From: Eledone cirrhosa
Lineage: Eukaryota
Direction of reading: 5' to 3'
Length of the DNA: 64,000 nt
Assembly (NCBI GenBank): GCA_964016885.1
Contig: OZ024740.1
Coordinates: 227,230,001-227,294,000 of the forward strand
Position numbers and translations under genes: made by a program. The notes under the pieces are model-generated. The model saw only the letters and a program-made list of their open reading frames with translations. It was not told the origin of the DNA and did no database searches. This document shows positions 43,295-54,597 of this stretch, one piece after another. Each line of letters opens with the position of its first letter. The stretch's first letter is position 1.

Positions 43295-43710
43295 CCTCTC
43301 CCTCTTTCTCCCCTTCTCCTACCCCCCCCTCTCCCTCCCTCCCACTCTTTGTTCCTCCATCTCTTATTAACTATCTATTTCCATGTTTCTCACACACGCA
43401 CACATACACCCACACATACATAAACACACACATGCACACATACATACATATCCATACACACATACACACACACACACACTACTCTCTGTGTCTCCCCCTC
43501 CCCTTTCTCTTTCTTTCTCCCTCCCTTATTAACTGTCTGACTGTATGTAAAATCCCCAGCATGTGTCTTTGTATTGTCCCCTTTTCTTGTGCGCCCTTGT
43601 GGCAAATAAAGAAATATATCTTTTTACAGATTTCTCTCTTTCTCACACACCCACACACACATACACGTACACATGCATACACACCCACATGCCCCCACAC
43701 AATACACACA

Positions 43711-43757
<47 letters not shown>

Positions 43758-43881
43758 AGTGCCTCTGAGGCCATGTTCTTAATTAACTAATCATTATTAA
43801 CTGAGGCATATATGGCAAATGAATGACATATTAAGTGAATAAATACTACATAGTAGTAGTAGTAGTGGTGGTGGTGGTTTA

Positions 43882-43950
<69 letters not shown>

Positions 43951-44346
43951 TGTTGTTGTTGTTGTTGTTGTTGTGGGGGCATCCATGTCAGAGTTCAGTG
44001 CTGTAATTCAAGATAAACTCCAGTGAAATATCAAGATAGTTAACCCTTTTGCTACGAAACCACCTGAAAGTGCCTTTGGTTCTACAATAGTAAGCTGTTT
44101 ATTTTAAAGTGTTTGTATTTATCTAAAAACCTTCCATCGTAATTTTATCTTAAGTTATGTTTCAAACAACTTAAGACATCAGAATATCATCATGTTTATT
44201 CTCATGTGATGCCTGTTTCACGATCGATCAGATCAAGTACAATTGGTATCGATCGTGCCTGACTCTGGAATTGATAGCACATCAGACTCGTAGTTTTCAG
44301 AATGGCAGGAGGTATTCGGTGAGTCTCTCTCTCTCTCTCTCACTCA

Positions 44347-44380
<34 letters not shown>

Positions 44381-44383
44381 CTA

Positions 44384-44578
44384 TCATCATCATCGTCAAA
44401 CGTTTATCTTCCACGCTAGCATGGGTTTAGATGGGAATTGTCCCATTGAGGCAAGATTGGTCGGGTGACCATGTCTCGCTCGTATAGGACTGTCTGGCAT
44501 TCTTTCTACAGCTGGATACCCTTCCTAATGCCAACCACATTTACAGTGTGGAATGGGAGCCTTTTTACTGTGTCTCCT

Positions 44579-44583
<5 letters not shown>
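44384..44583 (-). mobile_element. 5'-truncated RTE 3' end
   Basis: Colinear with 59161-59365 of the intact LINE. Confidence 0.8.
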
Positions 44584-44628
<45 letters not shown>

Positions 44629-45135
44629 CACATTGCTTTGGGTGGAAGTTGAGAAGGGGTCCTTAAAAATATATTAGAGTTAAGTATTTTTAAGGTAGCC
44701 TGTTACTTTGGAGTTTTTCTTATCTGTAACCAATCCTTCAAGCAAGTAAAAAATATTTTCTTCCTGTCCGAGGAATAGGCCACATATTGGGATAAACTGC
44801 TGTGAAACAGACAACTGGATCAACCTTAATAAAGCATATAAAGATATGTGTACACACATACAGACTAACAGATGCAGACACACACACAAAGCCAAACAAG
44901 GAAACCTCTGTGTAGTCAATAGCCTAGTAGAAATCCCTTAAGAAAAGAAAAGGACACATTACATAATGTAGTCCCTATATGGGATGCTTTTGATCCTAGG
45001 TCTCTTCTTGATCAGAAATGAGCTGAGGGCTAAACAACAGCAACAACATATATACACATACAGAAACATGCACCTCTCCCTCCTTTCCTTGTAGTCATAT
45101 ATACAACTTGTCATCATTAAGTTTAATAAGTTAAG

Positions 45136-45319
45136 GGTGGTGGATTGGCAGTATCGGTAGAGGGTCGGACGCCATGCTTTCCAGCATAGTTACATCCCTT
45201 TACGATCTGAGTTCAAATCCCGCCGAAGTTGACTTTGCCTTTCATCCTTACGGGGTCGATAAAATAAAGTACCAGTAATGCACTGGGTAATTGCTGGCCT
45301 TGTGCCTAAAGTAGAAACA
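45136..45319 (+). mobile_element. SINE family B, full length, with a perfect 20-bp TSD
   Basis: ATTAAGTTTAATAAGTTAAG at 45116-45135 and 45320-45339 defines the element boundaries. Confidence 0.93.
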
Positions 45320-46108
45320 ATTAAGTTTAATAAGTTAAGAAAAGTAAATTCTATGGCTGGAGATAAAAGAACAAAATGAAGATAAGCTTGCTTGCTAATT
45401 GTTTGTTCTTTTCTATCTTACAAATACATCTGCGTCTTTTGTCAACTTACTTTCCATTCCAACAATTATATCTTTCTCTTCCACTACACATAATGTCACT
45501 GTTACCCTGTTGGTCTCAGCAGTTGTAATTGGCATGCAGCTTCAACTATGAAAAGACCAATGGAAATATAGTTTCCTTGGTCTGATCTGACAATTAGCTC
45601 CTTTCTTTTTTGTTTTTTTTACTATTCTTTTTCTTTTACCTTTTTGTTCTCAGCATATTTTTCATTAACTTCTATTCCAATATTTTCACCAAAGTGAAAC
45701 CGACAGATCAGTAGGAGCTTAACAAAAAGAATGTATTTCAAATTAGACACAAAGCCACTCAGTTTTCTTCATTTCAAACTCCCTTGATATGGTCTTCTTT
45801 TTTTTTTTCTTTGACTAACATGAAGAAGTGGTCGTTATTCTTTGTTCTTTAAATTGGGTTTTCTTGTTAATAAAAATTCTTCATGTCCAGCTCTATTTTC
45901 TTCATTACTTCTTCTTCTTGTTTTTATATATTGATGCTTTTTGCAGGGGTTCAACTTTTTCACTAAATCCCTCAATTCTCCTTCTTCCTCACCCCAATCT
46001 CTATAACCCCTCACATACACACTCAAATGTCTTTTACTCATTACTGACATCTTCCTCTTGTTTTTTTTTGTCTCTCTGGTTTTCCTTTGGTTTTTGTTTT
46101 TTACATAC

Positions 46109-46200
<92 letters not shown>

Positions 46201-46732
46201 TAAATACTTTTTCTCTTTCCTTATGCCATTATTGCCGTTCCACTCCCCTTCTCATTCATTTTGCAAAGTTTCAGTTTCTTATTTATTTTCCTCTTCCCCT
46301 TTCTCTCACTCCACCTTTCTCTCCCTTCCCCTTACTCTCCCTCCCCTTTCTCTAACATGTTCAGAGAATTATTATTATTTGATTGTATTTTTTTTTCTAG
46401 TTTTTTTTTATCATTATTCTAGTAATACACTGGGTAATTGCTGGCCTTGTGCCAAAAGTAGAAACAATTATTCTAATCATCACTATGATCATTGTCACAC
46501 ACAGTCACACTCAATATTATTCTCTCAATCTGACAATTCTGTCCACTTTTTTCCTCACCATTGTCTTCAACACAATAGTGCCTTTAGGCATTGGTACAAC
46601 AGCTCTATTTGCTCAATATTAACCCTGGTGCAGTATCAACAATAATAGCACCACCAACTCTCTCTCTTTCTCGCTATAAATATATATATATATATATTTA
46701 TATATATATTTATATATATATTTATATATATT

Positions 46733-46805
<73 letters not shown>

Positions 46806-46827
46806 GTATGTGTGTATATATATATTA

Positions 46828-47300
46828 TGTTAGGTCACCAGTTGGTGTTACTGGTAACATGTATCCCAGTACAACCTGTCTCATGGTCGGGTCGTTGGGG
46901 ACTAAACTGGCAACCCCACCAAGGTTTCTTGGTGAGGAGGGTGACTTTGGACATCCTGCAGGACTAAAAACAAAACCTGTCAAAGGGCAAAGGAGCTCTT
47001 AAGAGTCAATGGCCATCCAAAATCACCGGGAGAGATGACCCCTTAGCCTTTGTCAAGGCAGAATTCTAGGAGAAGGAAAACTCTGAAATAACACTTGCAA
47101 CTCTGATGGTATCCAATGATGTTGACTTGTTCTTCTTTTTGGTAAATATCATCTTGGTTAAGAGAGTGGGACTGGCTTTGTGCAGTGCCTTTGCTCACTA
47201 TAAAAGCTTCACGGCACAGGCATTGCTTTGTATCTGGAGATCTCTCTGCACTTGTCATCACATAGTACCATGGGCCCAGCACTATGTGTCAATAATTGTT
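46828..47300 (+). mobile_element. Possible RTE-type 5' UTR fragment
   Basis: GC-richer island after (TA)n, with AACTGGCAACCCCACC and CTAGGAGAAGGAAAACTCTGA words that I recall from RTE 5' UTRs. No ORF follows. Confidence 0.35.
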
Positions 47301-47434
47301 ACAAGTGTAGCATTTGTACCAGAGTTTTCAAGTTGCTGGCTGGACTAAAAAGTCACACTTGTTCAGCGCATCGGTAGGGGTTCTCCTACACGGATATAAA
47401 GTAGTGGCCATACTTGAAAACGAGTTGGCAGCCA

Positions 47435-47478
<44 letters not shown>

Positions 47479-47588
47479 ATATATGTATATCGGGATAAAA
47501 TCAGTTTAAAACTAGTTAAACCATCACTCAACTCAACAGAGTGTATGTCTGTATATATATATATATATATAATATATGTACGTATGTA

Positions 47589-47626
<38 letters not shown>

Positions 47627-48269
47627 CATGAGAAGAAAGAAGAATACTGCGTGGTTTGCACATGCGTTACATATGATAAAAATAGTCCTTCGTCAGTGAT
47701 TTTCCAACCATCATTGGTATTTCATCGCATTAAAAATCAGATACCTCAGGTTGGTGTGAGCAATAATCTAAAAAAAGTTATTGTGACCAGTAATCGCGTA
47801 AAGCGAGGGGGACAAGTGAACAACATAGAAGGATAAAAACAAATACATATTTATGTATATTATATATACATATATATACATATATATTATTATATATATT
47901 ATCTATATACATGTATCTGTGTGTGTGCATGTGTGCATGTATGGGTGTCTGTGCATCTGAGTGTGTGTATATATGCATATCAGACTGGTAATATATAAAT
48001 ACGATGATGTGTCTTTGTGTGTGTGCTGGGGGTGGGTTTTTTTCCAATTTATGATATATGCTAACAAGAAACATATTTTCTCAGTACTAAACGAATGAAT
48101 AGATTAGCAATAATAATAATAATAGTAATAATAATGATTTCTTTATTAGCCACACAGGGCTCACATTAAGGAAACATTAAAGACGATACAGGATGATACA
48201 GTGTGAGTTTTTCTTTGTGGAAAATAAAATTTATAACAGAGACTAAGAAAATAAACATTTAAAACAAAA

Positions 48270-48462
48270 TAATAATAATTGTTTCTACTTTTGGCACAAG
48301 GCCAACAATTACTCAGTGCATTACTGGTACTTTATTTTATCTACCCAGTAAGGATGAAAGGCAAAGTTAACCTCGGCGGGATTTGAACTCAGAATGGCAA
48401 GGGCCGTAACTCTATGCATCAAAGCATGGCGTCCGACCCTCTACCGATACTGCCAATCCACC
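48270..48462 (-). mobile_element. SINE family B
   Basis: Reverse complement of the family B consensus. An older copy lies at ~49270-49430. Confidence 0.88.
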
Positions 48463-49789
48463 GAATACCTGATTGTCAAAGGAGTACTTGATACTATCTA
48501 AAAGAGTTTTCAAGGATGGTTAAAGAACATTAGTCCAGCCCCCTATTTTGGAACACTTCAAAAGGCATGCTTGCTGGGAACAACAAGAACCCTCTGATAT
48601 GTCCTGAATATCTGAGGGTGCAAGTAGTGGCTTGATATTCATTTCAACAAACTTTCCAGTTAAATAACATCAATGACTGAAACTCCATGAAAATAATGAT
48701 TTCATTTATTGGCCACAAGGGCCGATCACTCCATGAAAATAATAATAATACTAATAATAATAATACTAAGTATAGTAAAAGAAAATATTCAAAAACAAAG
48801 GAAGCATGTAGTATGTAAAAAATATATGGATGGAGAGGAGGTTTGACAATTAGTGGTCTGGTTTTATGGCAAAAGATAGCTGTTTATTCTGAAACAAAAC
48901 ACACTTTAAAGGGAACAAAAAAAATTAAATGAAAAGAAAAAGAAGAAAAGAATCGAATCAAACAATGAAAAAAGAGGAAAGGGTGAGGGACATACACTAC
49001 ACCCCAGTCTTAACAGTGCCTCAGCTGTGCCCCGCGAACAAAATGACAAAAGCATTACCATGGAGAATGGCCAGAGACACCCGGTGCAACAGCCAAAATG
49101 TTCTTGTTATTCAATCAAAAGGCTAGCCTACTTATTAAGTCAACATGTAAGTGACTGAGCATTCCGCAATATTATTTATCTTTAAGCTTTTTGATAGCAG
49201 CCTAGCCCAAGTCAGCTCTAGTTCTTTGAAATTAAACCATCCATTTTAAAGGGATTCTATTTAAGGAGAAAATTGATTAAATCAACCCTAGTATTTGACT
49301 GGTACCTTATTTTATTGAACTCAAAAGTATGAAAGGCAAAGTTGAGCTCAACAGGATTTGAACTGAGAATGTAAATAGTGGGAACAAATACTGCAATGGC
49401 ATTTTATCCAAAACTCTACCAATTCTAATAATGAAATAATTAATAATACCTACAAATTCCTCATTAATTCATTGAAATACAGTTTATTTCATTAGACATA
49501 TGGTCATGAAAGGGTTAATGTAATTCTTAGAGAGATTCAGAGACACTGTATAACAAGACTGCTTCTTTTGAATTATAGGCACAGTCTATCCAATGGCCAT
49601 ACACATAGTTTCTGCCTGCCCAATTTCACTCTCTAGGCTTGGGTTAAATGTTATCTAAGATCAAAAACAACTCAAAACTCTTGTATTTTCTTGACCAAAG
49701 AGGTAAGATATAACCTTCAGGAGGCAGCCATACCTATGTTTATAGACATATAATTCTGTGTCTCTATTGTATATATATTACATAACTTT

Positions 49790-49985
49790 ACATATCCGCT
49801 CTCTTGCTCTGGAACCCTGACTCCAGCCTGACTAGAAGTAGGAAGCTGTCATTCCCTGACGTTATCTTTAGGGATACGGGAATCAGTAGACAGGACCTGG
49901 GGGCAGCGATGGGGGACAGGGAATTCTGGGGCATGAGAGTGAGATCCATCATCTCGACAGTAGTCGACGAATGATGATGATGATG
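49790..49985 (+). mobile_element. 5'-truncated LINE of a second RTE-like lineage with a 10-bp TSD
   Basis: Encodes ALLLWNPDSSLTRSRKLSFPDVIFRDTGISRQDLGAAMGDREFWGMRVRSIISTVVDE*, running into (TGA)n. TSD ACATAACTTT at 49780-49789 and 49986-49995. Confidence 0.85.
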
Positions 49986-51161
49986 ACATAACTTTGAAAG
50001 TTGTAGAACATAAAATAGATGTAAGTAACTATTAATATTTTGGACTCCTCAACCTAGTAGTCCAGTTCCAACAATAATTAACTATATCCCATCAGCCCAG
50101 TATTCCGTTCTGCTACACATTTATGTTTACTACTGTTATTTACACAGCTTTCTGCATGAATCAGCAATCATTTTACATTGTTACTTTAGCTTGAGTTCTT
50201 CAGGAAGGCATTGTCATGATTTCGGTGAGATATTTATAATCATTTTTTTTTTTAGGGTTAATTAACAAATATCAATTTTTTTCAATGGTTTTCATGTTGA
50301 CATACAGGGTTGGAGACTATACACATATGGTAGGGGAGCATGGTTCAATGGGTTAAATCTCAACACAATAAACGGGTTATATTAAATACGTGTCTAAAAT
50401 GTGATGGTCTACGATAGAATTCTGAGTATGTTTAGATTGTAATAAACAGTGTCCACATTCCTATAGATTCAATAGAATAAATCAACTGTACTAGAATCCC
50501 AACAAGTAGCGTAAGCTTCATTAAATTGTTGCCTACTAGAAAAAGGGTATAAGAGAGTTTTCAGAATTGTCCAATAGCTTGGTTGAGATTAGAAAGAATA
50601 TACAGCCGTAAGGAAGATTCTCCTATTATTCAAACTAATTCCAGCAAAGGATAAAGAAATTTTTTTCGGATCTTGTTTGTATAAATTTTTTTTTTTTTTT
50701 AGATGTTTTCAAAGGGAAGGTCGGGGTGTATTTTTAAAACCCATTATTTTCTACTGCAATTGAGTGCGTTAGACATCAAAATTTCCCCTCTGTATATTAT
50801 TGGAACAGTTTTCATTTATCATGGTTAGATGCCTTTTTGAGTGCTAACACATTCTACTACAATGTGGGTTTCATACTTGTTTTTGCAAGTAATTTCACAT
50901 GCTCTTTTCAGTTTGATAATTTAAAGAATAAACATGTCACAATATTGATATAATTCTGTTAATGGTTACTAAAACATGCAAAATGGGTTTGTTGAAAATG
51001 GCCTTTAAGGGAGAAGCAAAAGGAATGCAAAAACCTCTTTTTTGCTAGCTAGAACAGAAACTCTCTTATGATTAATGAAATAAATAAAATAAGTTTGACT
51101 TTATATCAATTCATATATAATGGGTTTTTTTCCCAAAACCATGATGTATATATATATATAT

Positions 51162-51357
51162 AACGAAGGAAATGTGGTAAGGAACCAGATAGACCATAAC
51201 GCACCAAAGTACTCAATACCTAGGGTAGTAGAGTGGGTAATAGGAACAAGTATGACTCCAACGGCAGAGCTCAAGCCGTTTCGACGGCTAATTCTGGACG
51301 CAGAATTAGCCGTTGAAACGGCTTGAGCTCTGCCGTCGGGGTCATGCTTGTTCCTAT
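51162..51357 (-). mobile_element. Fold-back element family P1 (57-bp arms, 4-nt loop, + tail)
   Basis: Arms at 51240-51296 and 51301-51357. The tail 51162-51239 is the reverse complement of 41411-41490. Confidence 0.8.
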
Positions 51358-51421
51358 ATATATATATATATAGTAATAATAATAAATGTGAAGACTAAAA
51401 TCCATATATATAGTATATATA

Positions 51422-51488
<67 letters not shown>

Positions 51489-51548
51489 TATATATATGGA
51501 TTTTAGTCTTCACATTTATTATTATTACTATATATATATATATATATA

Positions 51549-51638
<90 letters not shown>

Positions 51639-51670
51639 ATATATTATATATATATATATATAGTATATAT

Positions 51671-51716
<46 letters not shown>

Positions 51717-51723
51717 ATATATA

Positions 51724-51810
<87 letters not shown>

Positions 51811-51813
<3 letters not shown>

Positions 51814-52176
51814 GGAGGGTCATATTTGTGTAATAATATTGCCAGAATTAATAACAGAACACACTCACTCAGGAGGAAACATAATAGCACCACTGACGAT
51901 GTTGCAGATGTGCAACGAAAGAAATTTGATAGACTATATATATATGTGTTTGTGTCTATATTGTATCTGTATTTTTTACCGTTGGTAAGTCGATGGTAAC
52001 ATTGAGGACCGAATAAATTAAATTAACCGATATAAAAGACACAGAAGCGAAAACCAACCAAACACTGAGTGTGTTCTGTTATTAATTCTGGCAATATTAT
52101 TACACAAATATGACCCTCCCCAAGTCTAACAATATTTGTTTCGACACACGATTTCATATCAAAAACCTCGCAAAAC
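51811..52176. mobile_element. Fold-back element P2 (57-bp perfect arms) with a hammerhead-like core in the spacer
   Basis: Arms at 51811-51867 and 52066-52122. CTGACGA-T-GTTGCA-GATG-TGCAAC-GAAA at 51893-51920. Confidence 0.75.
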
Positions 52177-52223
52177 TATATATATATATATATATCATAT
52201 ATATATACTATATATATATATAT

Positions 52224-52447
52224 AAATAGGAACGATCGACTTTCGTCGAATCGGACCAAGGGAACAATGTTTCCGTTGGTCTTTCCAATTGCTAATACTA
52301 TCTATCGGTCGCAACTCCAGGTAGAAGGAGCAACGTGAAATAAAGTGTCTTGCTCAAGGACATAACGCATCACCTGGTCCAGGAATCGAACTCACAACCT
52401 TACGATTGCGAATCCAATTCTCTAACCACTCTGCCACACGCCTTCAC
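52224..52447 (-). mobile_element. SINE family C
   Basis: Minus strand has A box TGGCAGAGTGG, B box GAGTTCGATTCC, CORE CCTTGAGCAAGACACTTTATTTCACGTTGCTCC and a hairpin tail, in (TA)n. Confidence 0.85.
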
Positions 52448-52547
52448 ATATATACTCTATATATATATATATATATGATGATGATGATGATATAAATACA
52501 TATATATAGATAGATAGATATATAGATATAGATATATTATATATATA

Positions 52548-52768
52548 TATTAAAATAACAGATTAAAGTTTAAGCAAAGAATCGCTGCTTTCACCCTTAA
52601 CGGGATCTTCAGAAGATCCCGTTAAGGGTGAAAGCAGCGATTCTTTGCTTAAACTTTAATCTGTTATTTTAATAAATATTTGTTCTAGGGTTCTTATATA
52701 TTTGATATATATTTATCCTTATCAAGCCCTCTTTGGATTTTAGTCTTCACATTTATTATTATTACTAT
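52548..52768. mobile_element. Fold-back element P3: perfect 63-bp-arm palindrome + tail
   Basis: Arms at 52548-52610 and 52612-52674. The tail end TGGATTTTAGTCTTCACATTTATTATTATTACTA also occurs as inverted copies at 51371-51404 and 51497-51530. Confidence 0.85.
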
Positions 52769-52966
52769 ATATATATATATAGATATATTTCTTTATTCAT
52801 ATATAGATAGATAGATAGATATAGATATAGATATAGTGTATATATAGATATATAGATATATAGTATATATAGATATATATATATAGTGTATATATAAATA
52901 TAGATATAGTATATATATATATAGTGTATATATAAATATAGATATAGTATATATATATATATATAT

Positions 52967-53024
<58 letters not shown>

Positions 53025-53077
53025 TGTATATATAGATATATGTATAGTATTAAATATATATATATATATATATAGTG

Positions 53078-53109
<32 letters not shown>

Positions 53110-53112
53110 GTG

Positions 53113-53144
<32 letters not shown>

Positions 53145-53235
53145 ATATATATATATGTATATATATATATGGAATAGAATGAAACGAAATTTCATTTCTC
53201 ACTCTTAGTACGGCACTTACTTCAATACATACATA

Positions 53236-53570
53236 TCATCATCATCATTTTACGTCCGCTTTTCCCTGCTTGCAAGGGTGGGATGGGAACTGATTCTGCC
53301 TTGATTTCTACAGCTGGATGCCCTTCCTAACACCAACCTCATTTACAGTGAGTGCTGGGTGCTTTTTTGCCATGGCACCTCCACGACCACTTTACAGTGA
53401 AATGATATGGACCCCAGTCCCTATCATCTCATTTCTACAGCTGAGTAAACTGGAGCAATGTGAAATAAAGTGTCTTGCTCAAGGAAACAACACATCACCC
53501 GGTCTGAGAATTGAACTCACAACCTTTCGATTGTAAGGCCAATGCTCTAACCACTAAGCCATGTGCCTCC
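53236..53570 (-). mobile_element. SINE family A
   Basis: Reverse complement of the family A consensus. Confidence 0.92.
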
Positions 53571-53635
53571 ATATATATATATATAACCCATGCTAGCATG
53601 GAAGATGGACGTTAAACGATGATGATGATGATGAG

Positions 53636-53667
<32 letters not shown>

Positions 53668-53681
53668 ATATATAATATTAA

Positions 53682-54550
53682 GGATACTATTTATGGTTAT
53701 GTATATACTAACATTTTTTATAGTTATATATATTTTAAACCCTAAACAGTGAAGGTCAGTAATTTATTACTACCTTATTACCAGTAAGATAAATAGCTCA
53801 ATGTAATAACATCAGTTGTTCTACAGAGTAGTTATATAGAATTCACAAGAATCAAAGCTATGTTCAAAGCATTTATTCATTTACAATTGTTTCATCCAAA
53901 CCTAGGCTTGGAGTCTTCGGAGCATTTTTCAATGTTTGTACACATGATTGACCTCCTTTTCAATGCAAGAGACATACAGATACATATGTATATATTGATG
54001 TACAGTGGAGTGACACATATTATATTATATTATTTCTGTATAGCAATTCAAATTCAAAATCAAAATCAAAATTAAAATTAAAACAAAATTAAAACAAAAT
54101 TAAAATAAATTTGGCAGTTAACATAGTCTTGTTAAAGTCCTTGTATTACATGTAATACCCTGCCACACAATAATCATATATAAATGAGACACACGTGCAT
54201 GCCCCACGTGTAACTAACGCATACAATAACTATTACATCTAACTAACAAACTATCCTCTTGCATTATCTATGTTAACTGCCAAATGTATTTTAATTTTGT
54301 TTTAATTTTGTTTTAATTTTAATTTTGATTTTGATTTTGAATTTGAATTGCTATACAGAAATATAATATAATATATGTCACCCCACTGTACATCAATATA
54401 TACATATGTATCTGTATGTCTCTTGTGTTGGAAAGGAGGTCAATTATGTGTACAAACATTGAAAAATGCTCCGAAGACTCCAAGCCTAGGTTTGGATGAA
54501 ACAATTGTAAGTGAATAAATGCTTTGAACATAGCTTTGATTCTTGTGAAT

Positions 54551-54553
<3 letters not shown>
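53682..54553. mobile_element. Fold-back element P4: ~290-bp inverted arms + one-sided tail; Penelope-like inverted pseudo-LTR
   Basis: Arms at ~53838-54126 and ~54268-54553, confirmed by the mirror ORFs 53860+ and 54531-. Tail at 53682-53837. Confidence 0.85.
54467..54513 (+). ncRNA. Minimal type-I hammerhead ribozyme motif (U4C variant); mirror copy at 53878-53924 (-)
   Basis: TGCT-CCGAAGA-C-TCCAAGCC-TA-GGTTTGGA-T-GAAAC-AATT-GTA-AGTG gives stem II, the GAAA core, a short stem III with a palindromic AATT loop, and a GUA cleavage triplet. Confidence 0.6.

Positions 54554-54597
<44 letters not shown>

Noticed and set aside
47664-47696. Minus-strand CTGACGAAGGAC hammerhead start
   Set aside because: The stem II partner and GAAA are missing; too degenerate to call.
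53860-54531. Twin MFKAFIHLQ ORFs on opposite strands
   Set aside because: A consequence of the inverted repeat; short and without coding features.
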